Part shown: positions 50,476 through 59,642 of the stretch, piece after piece
How the letters are laid out: each line of letters starts with the position of its first letter
How positions within the stretch are numbered: position 1 is the first letter of the stretch
Source of the DNA: Flavobacteriales bacterium
GTDB taxonomy: Bacteria > Bacteroidota > Bacteroidia > NS11-12g > UBA955
DNA: 64,000 nucleotides
NCBI GenBank assembly: GCA_947447955.1
Contig: CANFLS010000003.1
Span: 21,048-85,047, forward strand
Direction of reading: 5' to 3'
Position numbers and translations under genes: made by a program
The notes under the pieces: generated by a model
What the model was told of the DNA's origin: nothing
What the model saw: only the letters and a program-made list of their open reading frames with translations
Databases searched by the model: none

Positions 50476-50807
50476 TCTAGTTGCTCTTTAAGTTTTAATA
50501 GTTTGTCTTTGAATTCCCTTAGTTGATGTATCAAATAAACGCGAGCATCGGCCGGCACTGGGTTTCTGCTTACTTTTTTAGATACATTGGCTAAACGAAC
50601 ACCTTTGTTATGAGAAAGATAGTGAATTTCCTTTAAAACTTCAATGTCCTTAGACGAGTAGATCCTATCGCCTTTTTTATTTTTCATTGGTTTAATTTGA
50701 GGGAAATTCTTCTCCCAAAATCTCAATGTAGATGCGGGTACACCAATAATTTCGGCAGCTTCGCCAATTTTAAAGTACTTTTTTGTAATGATTTCTTCTT
50801 CGTTCAT
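50472..50807 (-). CDS. MerR-family HTH transcriptional regulator
   Basis: KIGEAAEIIGVPASTLRFWEKNF, 111 aa. Confidence 0.65.
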   Translation of the reverse strand: MNEEEIITKKYFKIGEAAEIIGVPASTLRFWEKNFPQIKPMKNKKGDRIYSSKDIEVLKEIHYLSHNKGVRLANVSKKVSRNPVPADARVYLIHQLREFKDKLLKLKEQLE

Positions 50808-50812
50808 AGGTA

Positions 50813-51784
50813 TTAGTCAAATCGATTCGCTTCACGTTGTGACATTTCAAGCATTTTTTGGTATTCAATATCCGACAAATCGTTGCGATAGAAAAACGCA
50901 GGATTCAAAGGATTGTTATTTTTACGTACTTCGTAGTGTAAGTGTGGACCGGTTGAGCGGCCTGTATTTCCAACATAGCCAATTAATTGTCCGCGAGAAA
51001 CCTTGGTGCCTGGTTTAACAGCAAAACGACTTAAATGTCCGTAAAGCGTGGTATAACCAAATCCGTGGTTTACAATGATGTGATTTCCATATCCCCAACC
51101 GTCGTTTTTAACTGCCATTACTACGCCATCGCCGGTTGCATAAATTTCTGTTCCTACATCGGCGGTAAAGTCCATTCCAGCGTGGAAAGAGGCTGTGTGG
51201 TAAAAAGGATCCATTCTATAACCAAATCCACTCGCCAATCTGCGCAACTCTTTGTTGGCAACTGGCATAATTGCAGGAATTGAATTTACCATTTTCTCAT
51301 TTTTAGAAATGAGCTTTGCAAGCATTTTATATGATGATTCTTGCTGCTTGGACATTTCTTGCATGTAATCCATTTTTTCATGCAAACGTTTCACGAATTT
51401 GCCGTGAGACATCTTCATGAGTTCAGAATAGTCGCTTCCCTTGAAATTAATAGGCTTTGGTGGCTCAACACCATACATTGCGCGGTATATTTCTATGTCG
51501 CGATTTCGCAATTCATTCAACTGATTTTCTAAATCAATGGCTTGTTGCTCCATCTGATTTAACTGCTTTTGAATGAATTTGTTTTCGCGTTGAATGGATA
51601 GTTCAATGGGTGTTTTCATGAATCGGCTAAAAAGTACCGATAATGAAATTACAGAAACAATAATTAACGACGATAAACCAAAGGTACGCCAACGCATATA
51701 CCCCCGATGATCGGATACCTTTTCAAAGCTTAAACTTTTTGGATTGAAAAAATATTTGGTACGTGACATGTTGATTTCATACAA
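50813..51784 (-). CDS. M23-family metalloendopeptidase (LytM-like), membrane-anchored with a coiled coil
   Basis: HAGMDF...YGNHIIVNHGFGYTTLYGHL...GNTGRSTGPHLHYEV. Confidence 0.8.
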   Translation of the reverse strand: MYEINMSRTKYFFNPKSLSFEKVSDHRGYMRWRTFGLSSLIIVSVISLSVLFSRFMKTPIELSIQRENKFIQKQLNQMEQQAIDLENQLNELRNRDIEIYRAMYGVEPPKPINFKGSDYSELMKMSHGKFVKRLHEKMDYMQEMSKQQESSYKMLAKLISKNEKMVNSIPAIMPVANKELRRLASGFGYRMDPFYHTASFHAGMDFTADVGTEIYATGDGVVMAVKNDGWGYGNHIIVNHGFGYTTLYGHLSRFAVKPGTKVSRGQLIGYVGNTGRSTGPHLHYEVRKNNNPLNPAFFYRNDLSDIEYQKMLEMSQREANRFD

Positions 51785-51822
51785 TTATACGAAATCGAAG
51801 CCAATTTAGGGCAATTTGGCCT

Positions 51823-52350
51823 TTATTTTTCGGAATAAAATTGCTTGTAAACCTTTCCACGGGTTACATATTCGGTTACATTTTCATCAATTTTTTGGCC
51901 AATTTCAGGTCCTAAAGTTTTCGCAATTTTGGCAGGAATTCCCAGCACCATCGAGTATGGAGGGATTTTCATTCCTTGAGGGACAAGGGCATTTGCACCA
52001 ATAATGCTGTACTCGCCAATTTCGACATCGTTCAAAATGGTGGCATGCATTCCAACCAAAACATGATGCGATAATCTTGCCCCATGCACAATGGCCGAAT
52101 GTCCCACAACACAATCAGCGCCAATAATACAGGGTGAGCCTGGGTCGGCATGCAAAACTGCATTGTCTTGAATGTTCGTTCTATCGCCAACTGAAATCAA
52201 ATCCGTATCGCCACGCAACACGGCCCCAAACCAAACACTGGTTTCATTTCCCAATTCAACTTTGCCAATTACTGTTGCATTCGGAGCAATGAAAGTGGAA
52301 TCTTTTTTAGATATCGGCGTTTGAAGGATGGATAGTAAATTTTGTGGCAT
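51823..52350 (-). CDS. gamma-carbonic-anhydrase-family hexapeptide-repeat protein
   Basis: Left-handed beta-helix repeats and His ligands (VLHADPGSP...HSAIVHGA). Confidence 0.7.
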   Translation of the reverse strand: MPQNLLSILQTPISKKDSTFIAPNATVIGKVELGNETSVWFGAVLRGDTDLISVGDRTNIQDNAVLHADPGSPCIIGADCVVGHSAIVHGARLSHHVLVGMHATILNDVEIGEYSIIGANALVPQGMKIPPYSMVLGIPAKIAKTLGPEIGQKIDENVTEYVTRGKVYKQFYSEK

Positions 52351-52446
52351 GTTATTTTTTTGTAAAGTTTCGAAAAGTAAGGCCAAATTACAAAATAATT
52401 AGAAAAATAATGATGGATTGAGGTTCTTGTTGCATTTTTGTATTTC

Positions 52447-53697
52447 ATGAAAAAGCTGTTTTACAATATTTCTAAACTTTATGGAACCAATCACCGCGGA
52501 ACATTTAAATCTGGCGCAGAAATGCAACAATTGAATGTGGTTGACAATGCTTGGATTCTTGTAGAAAATGGCAAAATAGCAGCAATTGGAAATGATGCGC
52601 TTGAAATGCCATCTGAAGTGATGGAAAGAGTTGATTTATTGGGTGCAGAAGTGTTGCCAGGATTCGTTGATAGCCACACACATATTGTGTTTGCAGCTCC
52701 ACGATATGAGGAGTTTGCCATGCGTTTGGCAGGTGCTTCGTATGAAGAAATTGCCGCCAATGGAGGTGGGATTTTGAATTCTGCCCGCAAACTTCAGGCA
52801 ATGTCTGAAGATGAATTATTTGAACAAGCCGAAGCCCGCTTGAAACTTATGTTGGCCCATGGCACAACCACCGTTGAAATTAAAAGTGGATACGGCCTAA
52901 CCGTAGATGCAGAATTGAAAATTCTGCGCGTGGTTAAAAAACTAAAACAGCATTACCCGTGCTTAATAAAATCTACGTTTTTGGGAGCACATGCCTTTCC
53001 CGTTGAATATAAAAACAACCAACAAGGGTATATCGATTTAATTATCAATGAAATGTTGCCCGTAATTGTTCAAGAACAATTGGCCGATCATATTGATGTG
53101 TTTTGCGACAAAGGATTTTTTACCGTGGAACAGACCGCGCAAATATTGACGGTAGCTGCCAAGTTGGGCATCCCTGCTAAGATTCACGCCAATGAACTCG
53201 GATTAACCGGTGGTGTTCAAGTTGCCGTGGAACATGAAGCTTGGAGTGCAGATCACCTCGAGCACTGCGAGGAAAACGAAATTGCAGCCTTCAAACATGG
53301 TTTTTCTCAAAACTATGGGGGAACCATGCCCGTTGGCTTGCCCGGAACTTCCTACTTTTTAGGAATTCCTTATGCTCCTACAAAAAGATTCATGGAAAAT
53401 GGATTGCCTGTTGCCTTGGCAACTGATTTTAATCCTGGTTCTAGTCCGCTTTGCTCATTGCAAACCATTTGGGCGCTTGCATGTACCCAAATGAAAATGA
53501 TGCCTGTAGAAGCTTTTCATGCCATTACTTGCAATGCTGCAAGAGCCCTTCGCTTAGAAAATGAAGTGGGTAGTTTGGCAGTGGGTATGCGTGCCGATTT
53601 TGTTGTTACCAATACCAAAGAAGCCATCAAAGGAATCCCATATTTTATGGGTCAAAATCACATTGAGGCTACTTTTGTGTTAGGTGAAAGAATTTAG
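52447..53697 (+). CDS. hutI: imidazolonepropionase
   Basis: Amidohydrolase DSHTHIVFA...KIHANEL...ATDFNPGSSP with the HutI profile. Confidence 0.75.
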   Translation: MKKLFYNISKLYGTNHRGTFKSGAEMQQLNVVDNAWILVENGKIAAIGNDALEMPSEVMERVDLLGAEVLPGFVDSHTHIVFAAPRYEEFAMRLAGASYEEIAANGGGILNSARKLQAMSEDELFEQAEARLKLMLAHGTTTVEIKSGYGLTVDAELKILRVVKKLKQHYPCLIKSTFLGAHAFPVEYKNNQQGYIDLIINEMLPVIVQEQLADHIDVFCDKGFFTVEQTAQILTVAAKLGIPAKIHANELGLTGGVQVAVEHEAWSADHLEHCEENEIAAFKHGFSQNYGGTMPVGLPGTSYFLGIPYAPTKRFMENGLPVALATDFNPGSSPLCSLQTIWALACTQMKMMPVEAFHAITCNAARALRLENEVGSLAVGMRADFVVTNTKEAIKGIPYFMGQNHIEATFVLGERI

Positions 53698-56273
53698 TTT
53701 GTTGTAAACGAGATTTTTAATCTGTCCGCACTTGGCCACGGTGTTGTAATATAGTAGGTTGGGGTTGTCGTTTCTGTAACTCGTTCTACTTTGTACAAAT
53801 CTTGTTTGAGTCCAAAATGACTGCCCTTTTTCAGTACAGCTGCCACTACTTTTTTGTCTACCACGAACTTTGGCAATAATTGATTTGGAATTCCATGCAC
53901 CACAAATTGAATGAAGGTATAATCAGTTTTTCTTAGTCCGCCAATTCGCTCCAAAAGAATTTCGTGCTTTGTTAAATTTACCTTATTGCCCTTCAATTGG
54001 TATTCGTAAAAGTCTGTGAAGCCTTCATTTTTGAGGGACATTCCATCGTCGTTGTAAACAGTACCAAAATAATATCCCTCATCATTAAAATATACATGAA
54101 GCAATAGGGTGTCGGATTTGCTTTGGGTGTTTTCAATTTTATTGGGAATAATTTCAGGAATAACAGATCCAGCTTTTACAAAAATTGGTAATTGACTCAT
54201 TGGTGCTGCCACAAATGCGGTTGTGCCTTGTTTGTAGGTTATATCGCTGTGAATCGAATACCACAAATTGGTTTTTGAATGGTTCATAGGGAAGTAAACT
54301 TCCGTGCTTTTTGTATTGCTGCGAACCGGACAAACCAGGATATCATTTCCCAAAACAAATTGACTTTCAAACTTTTCATTGAAGCAATTGTTGGCACTTT
54401 CGTTGGAAACAAAATAACCCATTGATTTTAAAACTGGTGATTCGTTGTTTTTCATTGCAGTGTACAAATAGGGCATGAGCCTGTACCTCAAATTCATATA
54501 ATATCGGTTCAATTCCGTGTTGATGTCGCCAAAGCACCAAGGCTCGCTCGACGGCATGTCAATCATTTTGTGGGCCCTATAAAATGGGGTAAAGGCGGCA
54601 ATCGACATCCACCTAGTCATCAGTTCTGGGGTGGCAGGATTCATGAATCCGCCTACATCGGCACCTACGAAATCGAGTCCGCACAACGACATATTTCCCA
54701 ACATTTTAAAGCTAAGCATCATGTGGTCGTCGGTAGCTACATTGTCGCCGGTCCATACTGCGGCATAGCGTTGCACTCCGGCAAATCCAGCTCGGGTTAA
54801 CGTGAAAACGCGTTTATTCAAAAGTGTTTCGGCACCTTCTCGGGTGGCACGAGTCATTTGCATGCCGTAAATGTTTCTGTTTTGTGTGAGGTTGCTCAAA
54901 TGTCCCTCACGATTAAAACGAATATAACTCGGCACCTCTTTTCCCCAAGCTGCCGGTTCGTTCATGTCGTTCCACAATCCAGAAATCCCCAAATCCGTAT
55001 AGAATTTCACTGAATTGCTCCACCAATCTCGGGCCTTGGGATTGGTAAAATCAGGGAAATTACACAGTCCGGGCCAAACTCCAGCTAAGTAATTTTTGCC
55101 GTTGGGATATTTCAAAAAGAGGTCTTGTTTGAGTGCATTTTCATAAGCGGGATAGCCTTTTTCAACCTTAATACCCGGATCGAGAATGGTAATGATATTC
55201 ACTCCTTGATTTTTGAGGGATTCAACCATGCTTTTCGGATTTGGAAACTGTTTGTTGTCGAATGTAAATACTTTGCAAGCATCCATGTAATGGATATCCA
55301 AATGGATGGCATCGAGGGGAAGATTTTTATGATTAAACTCATTGGCTAGGTTCAATACTTCATCTTGAGATTTATAACTCCATCGAGATTGATGAAATCC
55401 CAAACTCCATTTTGGCGGAAGGGGAGTAAAGCCGGTGAGTTGACGGTATTTATGACTAATCTCTTCAACAGATTGTCCGAGTATCAGATAATACCGGAGG
55501 TGATCGTCTTCCACAGAAATGGAGGTGTAATCGCAAGCTGCCCCAAAATTGAAATAACTTTTGCTCGAATGGTCGAGGTAAATCCCGTACAAGTTAAGTT
55601 CAGTTCCTGCAATATAAAAAGGGATAGAAACATAGAGTGGATCTTGGTCTAAGTTGTAAGCAGGCACATCTGAATTCCACATTGTGTAGGCGTTTCCACG
55701 TCGGTTAATGGGTCCAGTTTTTTCACCCAATCCCATGAAAAATTCACCGTCGTTAATTTCAAAGTTTTTACTGATTTTGTGGTCTTCGTTTACCCAGTTT
55801 AGACTGGAATGATCGCATAGCATGTCGCAGAAAATAGCCTTCTTGGTGCTTTTTTTCCATTTCATAATCTTTAGATCGTAAGGAAATTTTTTAATTTCAA
55901 TCTGATAATTATAAATGTGGTAAACTTCGATTGAATCAGATTTTTTCAATTGGTCTTTTTCGAATTTGAAAGAATTAGCTTTCAAAATTTCCGTTCTTTT
56001 TTCATCCGTAACGGTATAAGAATGATGCCATTTTTCTTTGTTGTTTTGAGGGAAATAGGAAAATTCGAAATAATCGAGGGTGGGTTGATTGTTATTGACA
56101 TTTGACATTGGAATTACTTCGAGTTGGAATTCATTTGTTTGGATGATCAGACTCGTTTCATTCAAGATTTTAATGGATGTCACATTGTTTGCAACGTTTT
56201 GGGCGTTTGCAGAAAATGCAAAAAACAAGATGCCAAAAAAGAAAAGATTGCGCATAGAATTTGTAAGTGTCAT
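53694..56273 (-). CDS. glycoside hydrolase family 31 alpha-glucosidase
   Basis: GISGLWNDMNEP nucleophile motif, a signal peptide, and about 850 aa. Confidence 0.8.
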   Translation of the reverse strand: MTLTNSMRNLFFFGILFFAFSANAQNVANNVTSIKILNETSLIIQTNEFQLEVIPMSNVNNNQPTLDYFEFSYFPQNNKEKWHHSYTVTDEKRTEILKANSFKFEKDQLKKSDSIEVYHIYNYQIEIKKFPYDLKIMKWKKSTKKAIFCDMLCDHSSLNWVNEDHKISKNFEINDGEFFMGLGEKTGPINRRGNAYTMWNSDVPAYNLDQDPLYVSIPFYIAGTELNLYGIYLDHSSKSYFNFGAACDYTSISVEDDHLRYYLILGQSVEEISHKYRQLTGFTPLPPKWSLGFHQSRWSYKSQDEVLNLANEFNHKNLPLDAIHLDIHYMDACKVFTFDNKQFPNPKSMVESLKNQGVNIITILDPGIKVEKGYPAYENALKQDLFLKYPNGKNYLAGVWPGLCNFPDFTNPKARDWWSNSVKFYTDLGISGLWNDMNEPAAWGKEVPSYIRFNREGHLSNLTQNRNIYGMQMTRATREGAETLLNKRVFTLTRAGFAGVQRYAAVWTGDNVATDDHMMLSFKMLGNMSLCGLDFVGADVGGFMNPATPELMTRWMSIAAFTPFYRAHKMIDMPSSEPWCFGDINTELNRYYMNLRYRLMPYLYTAMKNNESPVLKSMGYFVSNESANNCFNEKFESQFVLGNDILVCPVRSNTKSTEVYFPMNHSKTNLWYSIHSDITYKQGTTAFVAAPMSQLPIFVKAGSVIPEIIPNKIENTQSKSDTLLLHVYFNDEGYYFGTVYNDDGMSLKNEGFTDFYEYQLKGNKVNLTKHEILLERIGGLRKTDYTFIQFVVHGIPNQLLPKFVVDKKVVAAVLKKGSHFGLKQDLYKVERVTETTTPTYYITTPWPSADRLKISFTTN

Positions 56274-56302
56274 GAAATTGTTGTATATTAAGTATTTGAA
56301 AA

Positions 56303-57109
56303 TTAACGTTTGTGACTAAACAACCATGGCAGCAATTCTGGTTCGGCAAAGGCTGAATCCCAACTGTTGTGGTTGGCTTCAGGGTAAATGGATATGCGAA
56401 CCTTATTGGAATGATTTTTTAAATATTCTGCCAATTCAATGCTGTTTTCGGGTGGAACAACATCGTCTTTGGCACCGTGAAAAAACCACCATTTGGTTTT
56501 TCTAGTTTTGCGGGGTTGGGTAATTTTCCCTCCACCACAAATGGGAAAAGCGGCAGCGAACATTTTTGGCATTCTGCGCACCAGTTCAACTGTTCCCATT
56601 CCTCCCATAGAAAGTCCACCGATGAATATTTGCCTTACATCTACATATTGTCTGTCGTACAAATATTTGGTAAACGCCATCAGTAATTTCATTGCTTTGG
56701 TAGGTACAGAATCAGAGGTAAAGGTAAAATGGGGTTTCCCGGTGCTATCGACCATGCGTTCAACATTGCTCCAATAGCTACTTGAAGGACATTGCGGGAA
56801 AACAGCAATCATGGGGTATTTTGTAATTGCTGCGTTATACAACCAATCGGCCCCGTGCGACAATTGGTCGTTGTTATTGTTGCCGCGTTCACCGGAGCCA
56901 TGTAAAAAGATCACCAACGGGAGTGGTTCCTCCGAAGTGGTATAGGAAGCATAAATTCTATAGGGAAGGGTATCTTGTCCTAGAATAAAATAGGCTTTCT
57001 TGTATACTGAATCTATTTTTGAGGGAGATATTTGGGCATTGGAATTTATCATGCTCAATGAACCCATGAGGAATAGCACCAGCAATTTAAAAATGAAAGA
57101 CTTTTGCAT
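56303..57109 (-). CDS. secreted alpha/beta-hydrolase esterase
   Basis: Signal peptide, LVIFLHGSGERG, and the nucleophile elbow GLSMGG. Confidence 0.6.
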   Translation of the reverse strand: MQKSFIFKLLVLFLMGSLSMINSNAQISPSKIDSVYKKAYFILGQDTLPYRIYASYTTSEEPLPLVIFLHGSGERGNNNNDQLSHGADWLYNAAITKYPMIAVFPQCPSSSYWSNVERMVDSTGKPHFTFTSDSVPTKAMKLLMAFTKYLYDRQYVDVRQIFIGGLSMGGMGTVELVRRMPKMFAAAFPICGGGKITQPRKTRKTKWWFFHGAKDDVVPPENSIELAEYLKNHSNKVRISIYPEANHNSWDSAFAEPELLPWLFSHKR

Positions 57110-57353
57110 GCGCTACAAATATCTTTAAAAAAATGGATAGATTACTTAAATCATTGTGCCATTAAATTCCAATCCCATTTTCGGATATGGATTATGATAT
57201 TTACGGATAAATACGGATGTTTTGAGTGCCATTATTAAATATCCTTTATGTTGTCGAATTTAGTATTCATTGTCTCGGCTGTTTTGGCATCATTGATTTC
57301 ATTCAAACATTATCTCCTTTTTTTACAAAAAGAAGTGTTAATTTGCCTCTGTA

Positions 57354-58850
57354 ATGATTCGGAATTTTTTGAAATATAATTGGACTGCCAAATTACTTGT
57401 TTGTTTGATGGTTTTTGTAACAATGCCTTCCTCTTTGTTTGGTCAGAAAAGCCCAAAAGTGAAACAATTTGACGATATAATTCAATTTAAATTGAACCCC
57501 GAAGAAAGACGCATTTTTGATACCGTTCAATACAAAACCTTTCAGTATTTCTGGAATGGAGCCGAACCCAACTCTGGAATGGCATGCGAACGTGTGCACA
57601 TGGATAACGATTATCCAGAACACGACCAACACATTGTAACTACTGGAGGTAGTGGATTTGGGGTCATGGCAATTATGGTAGGAATCTACAGGGGTTGGAT
57701 TACCGAAACAGAAGGTGCCGATAGACTTATAAAAATATTGGATTTTCTAGAAAAGGCCGACCGATTTCATGGCGCTTGGCCGCATTGGATAGACGGTGAA
57801 ACAGGGAAGGTGAAGCCTTTCGGACAAAAAGATAACGGTGGCGATTTGGTAGAATCTAGTTTTCTAATGCAAGGACTGCTTTGCGTGAAGGAATTTATTG
57901 ATCAAAAAACCAAACCTGAAAAGTTGAAATTAATACCAAACGGACAAGCTTTTCAATTGCGCCAAAAACAAAAATATATCAGCGATAAAATCGATCAATT
58001 TTGGAGGGAAATGGAATTCGATTGGTACACCCGTGGCGAAGATGTTTTGTATTGGCATTGGAGTCCCTCATACGGATGGCAAATGAATTTCAAAGTGCGT
58101 GGCTACAACGAATGTTTGATTATGTATGTTTTGGCGGCTAGCTCACCCACACATCCAATTTCGGCAAAGGTGTATCACAATGGCTGGGCCGAGTCCGGTA
58201 AAATCAAAGCAAAGAAACCTATTCAATATAATAAAGTTCAATTGGATTTGCGTTACCAAGGCAATCCGCCAAATGGAGGACCATTGTTCTGGTCGCATTA
58301 TTCTTATTTGGGACTAAATCCGATGGGATTATCCGACAAATATTGCAGCAATTATGGAAGGGAGAACATCGGTCTTTCAATGATTAATTATTTGTGGTGC
58401 ATCAATAATCCAATGAAATATAAAGGCTATGGAGATAGTTCGTGGGGGCTTACTGCAAGTTACTCGGTGAAGTTTTATGCAGCACATGCACCTGATAGTG
58501 TGAATGATGTTGGAGTGATTTCTCCGACGGCGGCAATGTCGAGTTACCCATACACCCCCATTCCTTCAACCAAAGCGATGGTAAATTGGGTGAAGAACAA
58601 ACCACAACTTTTGGGTCAATACGGATTTTATGATGCGTTTTCTGAGCAAGACAATTGGATGAAGCCTCATTATTTGGCAATTGACCAAGGTCCAGCAGTT
58701 GTAATGATGGAGAATTATCGTTCGGGCTTGTTCTGGGCCTTGTTTATGTCGAACAACGATATTCAAAACGGTTTACTTAAATTGGGTTTTAAAACTCCGA
58801 GTATTTCGGCTGTAAAGATTAAGGCGTATAAAAAAGCACCGAAGAAGTGA
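57354..58850 (+). CDS. putative-glucoamylase/DUF3131-like protein (GH144-like beta-1,2-glucanase family?)
   Basis: Signal peptide. FDTVQYKTFQYFWNGAEPNSGMA and (alpha/alpha)6-like features. Assigned from memory of the family profile only. Confidence 0.35.
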   Translation: MIRNFLKYNWTAKLLVCLMVFVTMPSSLFGQKSPKVKQFDDIIQFKLNPEERRIFDTVQYKTFQYFWNGAEPNSGMACERVHMDNDYPEHDQHIVTTGGSGFGVMAIMVGIYRGWITETEGADRLIKILDFLEKADRFHGAWPHWIDGETGKVKPFGQKDNGGDLVESSFLMQGLLCVKEFIDQKTKPEKLKLIPNGQAFQLRQKQKYISDKIDQFWREMEFDWYTRGEDVLYWHWSPSYGWQMNFKVRGYNECLIMYVLAASSPTHPISAKVYHNGWAESGKIKAKKPIQYNKVQLDLRYQGNPPNGGPLFWSHYSYLGLNPMGLSDKYCSNYGRENIGLSMINYLWCINNPMKYKGYGDSSWGLTASYSVKFYAAHAPDSVNDVGVISPTAAMSSYPYTPIPSTKAMVNWVKNKPQLLGQYGFYDAFSEQDNWMKPHYLAIDQGPAVVMMENYRSGLFWALFMSNNDIQNGLLKLGFKTPSISAVKIKAYKKAPKK

Positions 58851-58855
58851 AACTA

Positions 58856-58884
58856 AAAAGCAACGCCAATTGGCGCTGCTTTTA
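58856..58884. terminator. bidirectional terminator hairpin, a degenerate member of the GCGCCAATTGGCGC family
   Basis: AAAAAGCAACGCC-AATT-GGCGCTGCTTTT lies between convergent genes. Confidence 0.55.
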
Positions 58885-58928
58885 GGACATACTAACAAAC
58901 TATATGGAATAACAAAAAATCTAATGGT

Positions 58929-59492
58929 TTATTTCAAGAATCTTTCCATTTCCTGAATGCTGCTAGAATAGGCAAAAGCACTATTTACTTGATAGTAATT
59001 TTGCTGGTCTATGCAGTATGGATATGCGAATTTCGCAAAGTCTATTTTGCTACTTTCGTATGAAAATTCCATCATGATGCCCCCAATTTGATCGGCCGAC
59101 ATATAATTGCTGCGAATGGCTTGTTTAGCAACACTGAATTTGTCGGATTCGAAACTTGAATTTCTTATTTGTAAGATCAAGTCTTGAAATTGATATTGTT
59201 GCATCATTGAAGCATTGTTACCGTAAATTACATTGTTGGGTTGGTTACAACCTTGGTTGTGATAATAATTATTAGGAACGTAATAATTATTTGGACTATA
59301 AACAACAACTGGATTTCTTCTATGCCTAACAGGAAATCCAACATTTACATTCAATTGAATTGGAGATCGAGGTTGAACAACTACAACGTTGTTTCGGTTA
59401 TGGTGATTCCCTCTGTGATGGTTTCCAAAATGTTGTGCTTCTGCTTGGCTAAAAAGTGCCACTGCAATTCCGAGTAAAAGTAAGTTTTTCAT
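58929..59492 (-). CDS. DUF4476-like secreted protein with a His/Asn-rich N-terminal region
   Basis: Signal peptide and low-complexity HHRGNHHNRNN. C-terminal region MSADQIGGIMMEFSYESSKIDFAKFAY resembles DUF4476. Confidence 0.4.
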   Translation of the reverse strand: MKNLLLLGIAVALFSQAEAQHFGNHHRGNHHNRNNVVVVQPRSPIQLNVNVGFPVRHRRNPVVVYSPNNYYVPNNYYHNQGCNQPNNVIYGNNASMMQQYQFQDLILQIRNSSFESDKFSVAKQAIRSNYMSADQIGGIMMEFSYESSKIDFAKFAYPYCIDQQNYYQVNSAFAYSSSIQEMERFLK

Positions 59493-59570
59493 AAAGATTT
59501 CTCCTTTCTTGTTTTGCTATATCCAAAAGACGTGCCAAAACTGATTATGTTACATAAATAAATTAACAAA

Positions 59571-59589
59571 GATTAAGAAATCATTATCG
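59571..59589. promoter_or_regulatory. Fur-box-like AT-rich element upstream of the TonB-dependent receptor
   Basis: GATTAAGAAATCATTATCG compared with the GATAATGATAATCATTATC consensus matches about 15 of 19 positions with a 1-nt gap. It is followed by the tandem TTAACATTGG repeat at 59605-59626. Confidence 0.25.
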
Positions 59590-59642
59590 TAACTTAAAGT
59601 GTAATTAACATTGGGTTAACATTGGAGTATGATTTTTGCGGT

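Noticed and set aside
59622-59642. Track ORF start at 59622 for the TonB receptor (MEYDFCGM...).
   Set aside because: That start is a TTG codon. The ATG at 59643 gives a clean signal peptide (MFRHKNAVFAIVFILFGMNQLNAQ).
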